Source: Acholeplasma laidlawii PG-8A | GTDB taxonomy: Bacteria > Bacillota_I > Bacilli_A > Acholeplasmatales > Acholeplasmataceae | DNA length: 32,000 bases | NCBI RefSeq assembly: GCF_000018785.1 | Contig: NC_010163.1 | Location: 750,001 to 782,000, forward strand | Reading direction: 5' to 3' | Part shown: one piece after another, positions 1 to 9,225 of the stretch | Numbering within the stretch: the stretch's first letter is position 1 | Layout of the letters: each line of letters opens with the position of its first letter | Notes under the pieces: generated by a model | The model's database searches: none | What the model was told of the DNA's origin: nothing | The model's input: the letters and a program-made list of their open reading frames with translations, nothing else | Program-made: the position numbers and the translations under genes

Positions 1-553
1 TGATAAGTCCTATCGAAGGGGAAAAGTTCATATTCATGCCTGTTTGACCCATCTCATAGGCAGTGATCATACCAATTTCTTTCATTAATTCTTTATTGTT
101 AGCAGCAGCTAGACCAATATTATGAGGAAATATGGTGGCACCATAAAGATTATTATGACCATGAACTGCGTCCACACCATAGATAATTGGTATTTTTGAT
201 GAACTTTCTAAGGATGCATTGAGCATATTTTCATACATGGATACCCAACCAAAAGTTGTGTTTGACGATGGCCTGTTACCACCACCATTTAATACGGAGC
301 CAAGATTTAAGTTTCTTACATCTGTAGGTTTAACACCGGATGCACCATTGTTATTAGAGCGCTCTCCTTGAACCATTTGACCTGCTTTTTCAGCAATCGT
401 TAATTTATCTAACCACCAGTTTATTTTTTCATTCATAGTTAAATTTGAATCAGGATAATCATTATCATGAATGACTGGTGGTGTGTTATCACAGGATACA
501 ATCATTACAACAAAGCATATGATGATTGCAATCGTTATTAGTTTATTTTTCAT
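1..553 (-). CDS. GH3-family beta-glucosidase / exo-beta-glucanase, lipoprotein, truncated by window edge (N-terminal ~184 aa visible)
   Basis: Manual minus-strand translation from ATG at 553: MKNKLITIAIIICFVVMIVSCDNTPP...NWWLDKLTIAEKAGQMVQGERS...IPIIYGVDAVHGHNNLYGATIFPHNIGLAA...; lipobox IVSC; GH3 N-domain motifs (EKAGQM, YGVDAVHG). Open to position 1. Confidence 0.9.
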   Translation of the reverse strand, partial: MKNKLITIAIIICFVVMIVSCDNTPPVIHDNDYPDSNLTMNEKINWWLDKLTIAEKAGQMVQGERSNNNGASGVKPTDVRNLNLGSVLNGGGNRPSSNTTFGWVSMYENMLNASLESSSKIPIIYGVDAVHGHNNLYGATIFPHNIGLAAANNKELMKEIGMITAYEMGQTGMNMNFSPSIGLI

Positions 554-557
554 ACAT

Positions 558-3500
558 TTAACCTAAATATGCATCTATATGACTATATTTTAGATTTCTA
601 ATATCATCAGCATGTTCACCCAGAATACTATCGCCTTGAATTTTAATACGCTCATTTTGATTGGATAGTGTGTAATGTGTTACATTTAAGTTAAATGTGT
701 CAACATGATGTGGGTTATGGATAGTAATCGTGATATGAGAAAGGAATTTAAAGGATAACCTACCTTCTTTAAAGAAATCCTTTATAACTTTTGGATTCAC
801 TTTAAAAGTTAATTTATTTTCTTTATAACTAAAAGGTTGTTTACCTAGAAACATTAAATACATTAAAGTCATAGCTTCTGATGTCGTACCTGTGAGTCTG
901 GCAACAAAACCCTGACCATGTACTTTTGGATTTGGATTGTTGGATGTAGCAATAAAACTTACATTTTCTAAAGTACTTCTACCATAAACTAAAGGATCCA
1001 TAAAAGGTGGCATACTTGTTTTAATATCTTTGTAAAACTCATCATAAAGACCTGATTTAAACATGCCTATTAAATATTTATAACTCATATGTACAAAAGA
1101 AGACTCACGTTCAAGCCAGCCTTTTGTAAAAGCACGTGCTCGACCAATTTCTAAAGTCTCATCCTCTAAAGATGCAGATGTTTTATATACACCTAAAGTT
1201 TCATCATAAATACCTGATGCTTTTACATGTTGATGTACACTATGAGCATCTATTACATTGAGCATTGATTTTAGATAGTGCGCGGGTGCTTCTAAATAAT
1301 GAGGTAGTGGTCTAACCTTCCAGTTCGTCACATCAATACACTCTAAATTCAAATGAGGATGTCTTAAACCATTTTTTTGATAAGTGGTAGCTTCAAATGT
1401 TAAATAAGTAGGAATTAATCCTTTACCTAGTTCAAATGCATTTTTAATACCCCTATGAATATAGTCATTTAATCGTTCAATCAATGGGATTAATTGGGCT
1501 ATTGTAATATCCACAAATGCATCAGACAGATAGAGGTTTGTTTTTGCATCAAAACTTTCTCTAATGTCTTGTATCTTATCAAATCCATCATCAATATGAT
1601 GAGTTAAGTTCGTAAAAAAATCATATATATCTGATTGAATAGATACAGTTTTAGATTTAAATAGATGACTAAACTCAATTAAGTATTTAAATAATCGAGC
1701 TAAATTTATAGTTTCAGTCGTACCTGATCCAAAAATGGCAGGTAAACCGTTCATTGCATCATTCCAACCAGGTTTTTCGCTATCCATCATTACACCCATA
1801 CCCATTGGGTCTAAACTTGCTGTTTTGATCGTTGCTAAATGTAATAATTTTGAATATAAATTGACTGATACAGTTTTACCGTTTGTAAATTTATGAAAGT
1901 TTGAACCTTGTTTTAAATCTAAAGATTTTACTTTTTCTTTATCTTCATAAAGTCCACCTAATTGACGTGGAAAACCTTCTTTGTTAAGAACATACTTATA
2001 TTTTCTTGGATAAACACTCATTTTTGACTGATAGAATTTAATAGGTTGGTCAAAAAGCATAAAATCTATTTTATCAGGAAAAATTGCTAGATATTGTTCA
2101 ATTAAATCTAGATTATAAATCCAGTGATCTGACCAATAACCTGTTCCAAAGCTACTTTGAGTCGTTTGATCAGTATAATACATGATTAAGTCTAATAATG
2201 TTTGAGGTGAAATGTTAGTTTCTATATTGTTTTCAATAAACATCAATAAAGAGCCTGGAGTAAAAGGCTTTTTAAGATAATCTATGAGTTTATTCTCACC
2301 CTTAACAACATGTTCTAATAATTTATTTTGATACTTTTGATTAAACGTAAATCTTGAGCCTTCAATGGTCAATGGATTGTGTCCATCTAGTTGAATTAAT
2401 TCTAAAAACTGTACTATATTAAAAATACCAGCTTCTTTTACAAAATACACATCATTTCTTCTATTTTGATTTACATCTCTATAACTACCATTACCATGAG
2501 AGTAATATCTTGGTTCTATATAAAAATTATTGTATTCTCTTTCCATATCACCGTGAATTCTAGAATATGTATGGTAAACATGATCTTTATTTAACCCCTT
2601 AAATATATATGGAAAACCACCTCTTAGTAAATTATCTAAGAACGATTGTTTCATATATTGATCAAATAAAGGATAATTCGTCTGTGTATCCATAGGAGCA
2701 ACGAGTTCTTCAATAAATGATTCACTTAACGCTTCAAGTGACTCAAAATAATTAAAATCCCAATGACGTGCAGATTCATTCAATGAATCTAAATTGCTAT
2801 AAGACCCTAGTAATGTATAAAATGTATAAGTTTCATCTTTTCTTAAATGAACCTCATGTGTTGAAAATCCGGAAAGTAGCTGGTTTGTTGATGCTTGATT
2901 TTGACGTATAAACTCATCATATGGCATCTGATTAAATACATGTGGTACTGCAAGTTCATTTTGGTATCCAAAGATGATAGATGAGTCATAAATTGGTTTT
3001 AATCGCTTATGATGTTGGTCCACACTTACATAGAAATTACCTGCTTCTAATGCACTAATTTCTTCTGTATCTTCCGTTGTAGAGCGATTTTTCATAAATG
3101 GAATGTGGTTTTCTTGATTAAATACATCAAACCATGCTACAGCTAAATTTGACATGTTTTTTTGTGCATATAAACCAGTTCCATAGGGCCAGAATGTTGC
3201 TAACCCATCGATGAAGCTTAACTTCATATCTTTAAGTGCTTTAAACTGAACTTTCCTTACTAATCCAGGATACTTTTTCTCAGTTACGTGAAAGTATTTA
3301 ACAGTAGTTTGAACATCATTGTTCGTTTCTTCAATAGATACTTTATTTCTTCCAATGAATAATTTTCTATTGCTATCTGTTGTACCAAAGGGTTCAAAAC
3401 ATTGATCATTAACCTTTAAAAAAGTCCTAAAACCATTTACTGAAGTATTTCTATAACTTAAATTTGCAGGTGTGAAATCTAATATAGCGTGGTCTTTATT

Positions 3501-3662
3501 CTCAATACCAAAAGATGCAATTAATTGACCTCTATTGACATAATAAGTCCACATAGGTACGCCATTTTTACCTGCAATACCTGGTAAAAATGAAGCAAAA
3601 GGTTTTAACTTATGATAGTTTTCAAATATAAATTCTTTTGTTTCCTCATTAAAATATGTCAT
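558..3662 (-). CDS. Large (~1034 aa) inverting glycoside-phosphorylase-like protein of the GH94/GH149/GH161 group; putative beta-1,3-glucan/oligoglucan phosphorylase
   Basis: ORF 558..3671; likely ATG at 3662 rather than the upstream TTG. No signal peptide. Motifs NNFYIEPRYYSHGNGSYRDVNQNRRNDVYFVKEAG and GYWSDHWIYNLDLIEQYL recall the '(W/Y)RDxxQ' motif of GH94-clan phosphorylases; size fits GH149/GH161. Family choice is from memory. Confidence 0.65.
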   Translation of the reverse strand: MTYFNEETKEFIFENYHKLKPFASFLPGIAGKNGVPMWTYYVNRGQLIASFGIENKDHAILDFTPANLSYRNTSVNGFRTFLKVNDQCFEPFGTTDSNRKLFIGRNKVSIEETNNDVQTTVKYFHVTEKKYPGLVRKVQFKALKDMKLSFIDGLATFWPYGTGLYAQKNMSNLAVAWFDVFNQENHIPFMKNRSTTEDTEEISALEAGNFYVSVDQHHKRLKPIYDSSIIFGYQNELAVPHVFNQMPYDEFIRQNQASTNQLLSGFSTHEVHLRKDETYTFYTLLGSYSNLDSLNESARHWDFNYFESLEALSESFIEELVAPMDTQTNYPLFDQYMKQSFLDNLLRGGFPYIFKGLNKDHVYHTYSRIHGDMEREYNNFYIEPRYYSHGNGSYRDVNQNRRNDVYFVKEAGIFNIVQFLELIQLDGHNPLTIEGSRFTFNQKYQNKLLEHVVKGENKLIDYLKKPFTPGSLLMFIENNIETNISPQTLLDLIMYYTDQTTQSSFGTGYWSDHWIYNLDLIEQYLAIFPDKIDFMLFDQPIKFYQSKMSVYPRKYKYVLNKEGFPRQLGGLYEDKEKVKSLDLKQGSNFHKFTNGKTVSVNLYSKLLHLATIKTASLDPMGMGVMMDSEKPGWNDAMNGLPAIFGSGTTETINLARLFKYLIEFSHLFKSKTVSIQSDIYDFFTNLTHHIDDGFDKIQDIRESFDAKTNLYLSDAFVDITIAQLIPLIERLNDYIHRGIKNAFELGKGLIPTYLTFEATTYQKNGLRHPHLNLECIDVTNWKVRPLPHYLEAPAHYLKSMLNVIDAHSVHQHVKASGIYDETLGVYKTSASLEDETLEIGRARAFTKGWLERESSFVHMSYKYLIGMFKSGLYDEFYKDIKTSMPPFMDPLVYGRSTLENVSFIATSNNPNPKVHGQGFVARLTGTTSEAMTLMYLMFLGKQPFSYKENKLTFKVNPKVIKDFFKEGRLSFKFLSHITITIHNPHHVDTFNLNVTHYTLSNQNERIKIQGDSILGEHADDIRNLKYSHIDAYLG

Positions 3663-3663
3663 A

Positions 3664-4566
3664 TTAATCAATTTCCCTTACTAAATTTTGAATTGTTGGT
3701 GATTGATACACTCTAACAAAATCAATTTCCATTTTGGCATAGCTCAATTCAGGATCTATACCTTGAGCTGCACCCCAATCACCACCTATTGCGATATTTA
3801 ATAATAGATGAAAACGTCGATCAAATGGCCAGTGTCTGTTTTTTGGTATATCAACCAAATTAAAAGGATTATAAGTATAATACACTTCGTTATCAATTGA
3901 AAAAATTATCAAATCTGGAAACCATTCAACTGTATAGGTATGAAAAGCTTCACTTGCAGTTGGAATCACTTTAGAACCACCTTTTTGAGTGCCTATTTTG
4001 TGATTATATGCTTGGGTATGGATACTCGCATGAATACGGTTTTGGTCATAACCTACGTGTTCCATGATATCTATTTCACCACTATTTGGCCAACTACCAT
4101 ACTGCCAATCAGTAGGTAACATCCATATTGCAGGCCACGTTCCGCGACCTGTTGGAAGTTTAGCTCTCACTTCAATCTTACCCCACTTCCAATCACCTTT
4201 ATTTCTGGTGACCATACGTGCTGATGTCCAACTTCCTTTTTCATCTTTTATCGCTTCTATGGTGAGTATGCCATCTTTAACAAAGGCGTTTTGATCACTT
4301 GTGTAATTTTGTAGTTCATTATTTCCCCATCCGTGTCCGCCTACATCATAACCCCATTTATCATCATCAGGTAAACCTTCATAATCAAACTCATCAGACC
4401 ACACCAAAGCATAATCAGTAATATTGTCTTTATCATAAGTATAACCTTCAATTTTAGAGCGTTCTACTACAATGGGTGGTTCATCTTCTCTTTTATCACA
4501 AGCAATTAGCAAGGATGTAAACAATAATACACATAATGCAATCACAGTTTTTTTCATGTTATTCAC
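3664..4566 (-). CDS. GH16 endo-beta-1,3-glucanase (laminarinase-like), secreted lipoprotein
   Basis: Signal peptide with lipobox LLIAC; GH16 catalytic motif GEIDIMEHVG (ExDxxE); downstream WPFDRRFHLLLNIAIGGDWGG typical of bacterial laminarinases. Confidence 0.93.
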   Translation of the reverse strand: MNNMKKTVIALCVLLFTSLLIACDKREDEPPIVVERSKIEGYTYDKDNITDYALVWSDEFDYEGLPDDDKWGYDVGGHGWGNNELQNYTSDQNAFVKDGILTIEAIKDEKGSWTSARMVTRNKGDWKWGKIEVRAKLPTGRGTWPAIWMLPTDWQYGSWPNSGEIDIMEHVGYDQNRIHASIHTQAYNHKIGTQKGGSKVIPTASEAFHTYTVEWFPDLIIFSIDNEVYYTYNPFNLVDIPKNRHWPFDRRFHLLLNIAIGGDWGAAQGIDPELSYAKMEIDFVRVYQSPTIQNLVREID

Positions 4567-5686
4567 CTGTCATTCCGGTACGTTCAATACCTGCAATAAA
4601 TTGCTTTTGTGCAACTATATAAATAATAAATAAAGGTAAGATAGACAAGAATGTTGCTGCAGATTTATAACCTTCGTTAATTAAACCGATACCAACATCA
4701 CCTGGTGCACTATTTGCTTGATCTGCAAATATTGAATCAAATAGACTTAATCTCATGACTACAAGCGGATTACCAGATTGATAATAAATAGTTGCTGTAT
4801 AGATATCATTCCAATTCCAAATAAATGAAAATAGAAATACGATTAAAATAATTGGGACAACTAACTTAACATAAATATGCCAAAATACTTGGAATGAAGA
4901 TGCTCCATCAATTCGTGCTGCTTCATCTAATGTAATTGGAATCATTTTAAAGAAATTATAGAAAATTAATATAAGAATAGCTGAGTTGATACCTTGGCCA
5001 AAAAATGAAAATAGTACTTGAGGAATTAGTGTGGAAAATAACGCTCTACTGAAAAATGAACCTAAGAAATTATTAGCAAATAAAGCATCATAAATAGGAA
5101 TCCAAATATTTTCTTGTATACCGCTTATAATCATAATTCTAGGTACTGTGACCATTGGTAGTGGAATAATGAAGGACACTAATAACATCACAAAGAAGAA
5201 TTTCTTAAACTTAAAATTATATCGTGCAAAAGCAAAGCCTGTAAATGCAGCAATAACTGTTTGAATTAGTGCAAGTGTAGTCATGTTAAATAAGCTTTTA
5301 ATCAAGTTACCTGGATTTGTAAATGTACCTAAAAAACGATCGATAAAACTTAAACCTGGTGCAAACCAAGAAGGTGGTAGTAACTGTAGTACATGATTAG
5401 AAACAACAAAGTTACTAAAAGTTAATCCAGTTGGAATCCATGAAACCTCAGGACTTAATAAGTCCTTTCTCGTCATAAATGAGAGTAAAATCATACGAAT
5501 AATTGGAAATAAAAATACATAACTAATACCAATTAATAATACATAGATGACAAGTTTACCGATAACACCACCACTAGCTTTATGCCCAAATAAGTATTTT
5601 CGTATTTTACTTATAGAAATGTGTGAGGTGACTTTTTTAAATAGTAATTTAATTTTACCAAATAGGTCATTCATATATTTAATCAT
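4559..5686 (-). CDS. Carbohydrate ABC transporter permease, MalG-type
   Basis: Hydrophobic multi-TM protein with EAARIDGASSFQVFWHIYVKLVVPI (EAA loop) and a start overlapping the partner permease. Confidence 0.92.
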   Translation of the reverse strand: MIKYMNDLFGKIKLLFKKVTSHISISKIRKYLFGHKASGGVIGKLVIYVLLIGISYVFLFPIIRMILLSFMTRKDLLSPEVSWIPTGLTFSNFVVSNHVLQLLPPSWFAPGLSFIDRFLGTFTNPGNLIKSLFNMTTLALIQTVIAAFTGFAFARYNFKFKKFFFVMLLVSFIIPLPMVTVPRIMIISGIQENIWIPIYDALFANNFLGSFFSRALFSTLIPQVLFSFFGQGINSAILILIFYNFFKMIPITLDEAARIDGASSFQVFWHIYVKLVVPIILIVFLFSFIWNWNDIYTATIYYQSGNPLVVMRLSLFDSIFADQANSAPGDVGIGLINEGYKSAATFLSILPLFIIYIVAQKQFIAGIERTGMTGE

Positions 5687-6690
5687 GACATGTCACCTTT
5701 ATCTTTCTTCTTCTTAAATACACGATCAAACCATTCTTTAAGTGTTTCTTCATCTCTTAATTTCTTCAATTGAACACGATTGATACGTGCGATATGTTTG
5801 AGTTGTTTTTCCTTTAATGTATCTAGATATTTTGTGTCATCTTTAGTTCTTAGAACTAAGAATATAACACCAACAAATGCAAGTACTATCGCAGAATAAA
5901 CAATAACAACTGCAGCAGCAAATCCTAAACCATTCGTATAGTTGGAGTTGATAGTACCGACGACAAATGAGTAAATCGGATTCACTTCAAAGATTGCTAT
6001 TTGTACCACAGTATAAATACCTACAACAAGTCCAGTAGATCTTAAATTTGGTAGCATAATCTTCCATAGCATTTGCCATGAATTAGCACCATCGATTTGT
6101 GCTGCTTCATATAAACTATTATCAATTTTTTGTAAACCATTTAAAAATAATATAATTGGTATCCCTGTAAACCAAAGTATTAATGTAAAATTATCAAAAA
6201 TCGACATTAAAATGTTACTAAAGAAAGGCGAAATATTGTCGATCATCCTAAATATGAGTAATTCTGATATATCCATGAGTTGCATGGTATTAGAACTTCT
6301 TAATTGTGTCATAACAGGTCCACTAATAACAACTACAGGGAAGAAAAATATTAATCTGAAACCCGTTCTAAATTTAATTTTACTATTAAGTAGTATTGCT
6401 AGGATTAAAGATATAACTAAAATCATAGGCACATAAGTAATTTCCATAGAAATAAAGCCTACAACTAACTGGTTAAACTCAGTATTTCTAAAAAATGCTG
6501 TTACATAATTTTCAGTTCCAATAAATGAATATGTCCAACCATAGACGTCTTTAGATACTAAATTAAAACTTAACCAGATTGTATTGATGAATGGATAGAT
6601 AATGAAAAATATCAATCCTATCAACCAAGGAAGTAAAAATAAGTATGCTACATTTTCATTTTTCGGTTTTCTAACCCTTAATTTTGACAT
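5683..6690 (-). CDS. Carbohydrate ABC transporter permease, MalF-type
   Basis: Multi-TM; LFLLPWLIGLIFFIIYPFINTIWLSF N-terminus and EAAQIDGANSWQMLWKIMLPNL EAA loop. Confidence 0.92.
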   Translation of the reverse strand: MSKLRVRKPKNENVAYLFLLPWLIGLIFFIIYPFINTIWLSFNLVSKDVYGWTYSFIGTENYVTAFFRNTEFNQLVVGFISMEITYVPMILVISLILAILLNSKIKFRTGFRLIFFFPVVVISGPVMTQLRSSNTMQLMDISELLIFRMIDNISPFFSNILMSIFDNFTLILWFTGIPIILFLNGLQKIDNSLYEAAQIDGANSWQMLWKIMLPNLRSTGLVVGIYTVVQIAIFEVNPIYSFVVGTINSNYTNGLGFAAAVVIVYSAIVLAFVGVIFLVLRTKDDTKYLDTLKEKQLKHIARINRVQLKKLRDEETLKEWFDRVFKKKKDKGDMS

Positions 6691-6702
6691 ACAAATCCTC
6701 CT

Positions 6703-9225
6703 TTAAATAACAAGCTTATAGTTAAGCTTTTCAACGGTTATACCTTTATAGATTACAGTATCTTCTGTGTAGTTAATTACAACTTCATAGCCGTTTGCAT
6801 AGGTATTTACAATAACACCTGGTTGTAGTACGCTTCTACCTACCCACACCTCATTCATCACACTTGCGAGTGCACTGTTGACATCATTATAGATATCTTT
6901 TATCATCTCTTCATATAATGTAAATTCAGTAGAATAATAGTTAGATGAATGTGTTGCAATTAATTTATAGGCAGGATCGTGTGTTAATACAAATGATGGG
7001 AATGTATTGTAGTCTATCATTCTTAATACATCTTTTTGTTGGTAGAATGAGAAGTTTGAATAGGTCGCATAATTCTCCATAGCACCATTCAATACCAATT
7101 GTAAGAATGGTACAGTATCAGTTTCAACAAGGTGTTGAGAACTAAATAGGGGTGTACTTAAATGTCTATCAACGTATGGCCATAAATACATATTAGGCAT
7201 GATGGCATTAATCTTTGTTGATGCATCAATCTTAGTAAAAGTATCTTCATAAAGTTTTATTGTATCTGTAACAGTAGTAATATTTTCATTACTTCTATAA
7301 TGGCTATACAAGAGGTTTGAAATGCCATCATAAGTATAACTTTCAAAGCCCATTTTAGAGGTCTTATTATAAGTATTTAAGACCCATGATGATGCTCTAT
7401 TAGGTGTAGCATAATACTGCTTTTCTACCGGGCCAGTTGTTCTTCTATAGTTATATTCACTATACCAACCTCCGATATGTTTCATCGCATTATCTATTAA
7501 GAACATATTTTCAGAGTAAATTGTTGTATAGTCTTGATGTAAGGATACATCGATACCAAGTTCATTTAGATACTTAACTGTTTGAGTAAATTTAGATTTA
7601 CTACCTATTGAATCACTCCAATTAGGGCTTGATTTTCGACCGAGAGTTACACCACCTTTTTGGTAACCGAGTAACCCTGAATTAATATTATAGACACCTT
7701 CATTTTGTAATGTTTCTAAAATCTTTTTTACTTCATCAATTGTTGTAACAACAACATCTTCTGTTCCGATTAATGCATTTTTTGCATCACTCATTAAGAA
7801 GTCAATTCTCATTGGAATATTTATAAACTGTTCATTTTTATAACTTAATACGCCTGATTCATGTAAATAATCACGATATTTAATTGCCATACCGACATAA
7901 TCTGCGCGATAAGGGTTATCTAGAGTTGTACCATCTCCTGCAAGCATATAAAAATGTTGATGGATGTCAAAGTGATTTCTTTCCTCAAATAAGGACTGAT
8001 AGCTTGCTCCAGACTGATTATAAACTTGAGTATAGACTCGATTATATAGATATCTTGAATGTGCAATCATATAATCAGTTAAGTTATAGGCATCACTTGA
8101 GTTAGATGGTCTAGCATATATTTGCATATACTCATCACCACTACTAGTGTGTGATAAAAATGCTGCTTGAGTTCCATCGCCATAAGAGATACCAAATACT
8201 GGCATAGATGGATCTTTATGAGGTATAAAATTGGGTTCTGTGCGGCTATGTGATGGTAATTGTGCAATATCTTGTCCATATACATGACCAGTATAACCAT
8301 TTAATGAGGATTGGTAATCTGTAAAACGGATTAATGCGCCACTTCCATCTGGAACGAATATGTAGCCTTCATTTCTAGGTTTATTGACTACCGTGTCCCA
8401 CTTTACTTCTTTTTCTGTTATTGTGCCTTCTTCGGATTCAAAGGTTTCAGTATGTACACTTGGTAAAGAAATCTTACCACCGTAAGAACCCATAAAAGGT
8501 GCGATGGAGATTGATCCAATTAAATCTGTGTCATCTCCCTCAATTTCGCTATCTCTAATTTCAATAGAAAATCCATCTAAAGTTAAATGTAGATGTACCT
8601 TAACCTCTACATCAATGGCTTTAAATTTAAAATCAAGTCTAAAATGGTTAGGATCGTTGTTTACATTCTTTAAAACGTCCGTATTCACAGAATTAGATAC
8701 ACGTTCTTGAACTGTTTCTATTTCAGGATTGTTTAAATCTGGTGCAATAATGAAGTTCTTTGTACTACTTCCTGTTTGTGTTAAAGGACGATTTGGACTT
8801 AAGCGATTGAGATATTCAATCATGATTAAAGAGTTTGCAATACCTTCTCTAGAGTTGTTCATTTGTTCCTCTAAAGGTTTTGCAATAGCTAATATGTCTT
8901 CATCTGATGCACCTGGATTATTTTTAATAAATAATTCTACAGTACTTTCAATGTAACCATCATAGTCATGATCAATACCACTTTTCCAAGTAAAACCGTT
9001 TCTTTTATCATAGACAGCAAATATACCATTATGTTTTTTATAATAGTATTCAAAGTTGGCATTTTCTTGAATGAGTGTAAAGCCATCCTTATTTAGTGGT
9101 ACGATTACGACTTCATCAGGTGGCATTTTAGTATCTTTACTAGATTCAATATATACCGCATTCACCGTGAAACCAAGTAATATAACGATACAGATTACTA
9201 GAATAGTTCTTTTAATTGAAAACAT
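6703..9225 (-). CDS. Membrane-anchored extracellular protein, DUF5696-like, associated with carbohydrate ABC transporter operons
   Basis: 840 aa; one N-terminal TM (TILVICIVILLGFTVNAVYI), then a large soluble ectodomain with GYIFVPDGSGALIRF, VFGISYGDGTQAAFLSHTSSGDEYMQIYA. Domain name recalled from similar Firmicutes proteins; not searched. Confidence 0.6.
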   Translation of the reverse strand: MFSIKRTILVICIVILLGFTVNAVYIESSKDTKMPPDEVVIVPLNKDGFTLIQENANFEYYYKKHNGIFAVYDKRNGFTWKSGIDHDYDGYIESTVELFIKNNPGASDEDILAIAKPLEEQMNNSREGIANSLIMIEYLNRLSPNRPLTQTGSSTKNFIIAPDLNNPEIETVQERVSNSVNTDVLKNVNNDPNHFRLDFKFKAIDVEVKVHLHLTLDGFSIEIRDSEIEGDDTDLIGSISIAPFMGSYGGKISLPSVHTETFESEEGTITEKEVKWDTVVNKPRNEGYIFVPDGSGALIRFTDYQSSLNGYTGHVYGQDIAQLPSHSRTEPNFIPHKDPSMPVFGISYGDGTQAAFLSHTSSGDEYMQIYARPSNSSDAYNLTDYMIAHSRYLYNRVYTQVYNQSGASYQSLFEERNHFDIHQHFYMLAGDGTTLDNPYRADYVGMAIKYRDYLHESGVLSYKNEQFINIPMRIDFLMSDAKNALIGTEDVVVTTIDEVKKILETLQNEGVYNINSGLLGYQKGGVTLGRKSSPNWSDSIGSKSKFTQTVKYLNELGIDVSLHQDYTTIYSENMFLIDNAMKHIGGWYSEYNYRRTTGPVEKQYYATPNRASSWVLNTYNKTSKMGFESYTYDGISNLLYSHYRSNENITTVTDTIKLYEDTFTKIDASTKINAIMPNMYLWPYVDRHLSTPLFSSQHLVETDTVPFLQLVLNGAMENYATYSNFSFYQQKDVLRMIDYNTFPSFVLTHDPAYKLIATHSSNYYSTEFTLYEEMIKDIYNDVNSALASVMNEVWVGRSVLQPGVIVNTYANGYEVVINYTEDTVIYKGITVEKLNYKLVI

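Noticed and set aside
4064-4294. Plus-strand ORF inside the GH16 gene
   Set aside because: Antisense shadow of a well-supported minus-strand CDS; no RBS, no recognisable domain.
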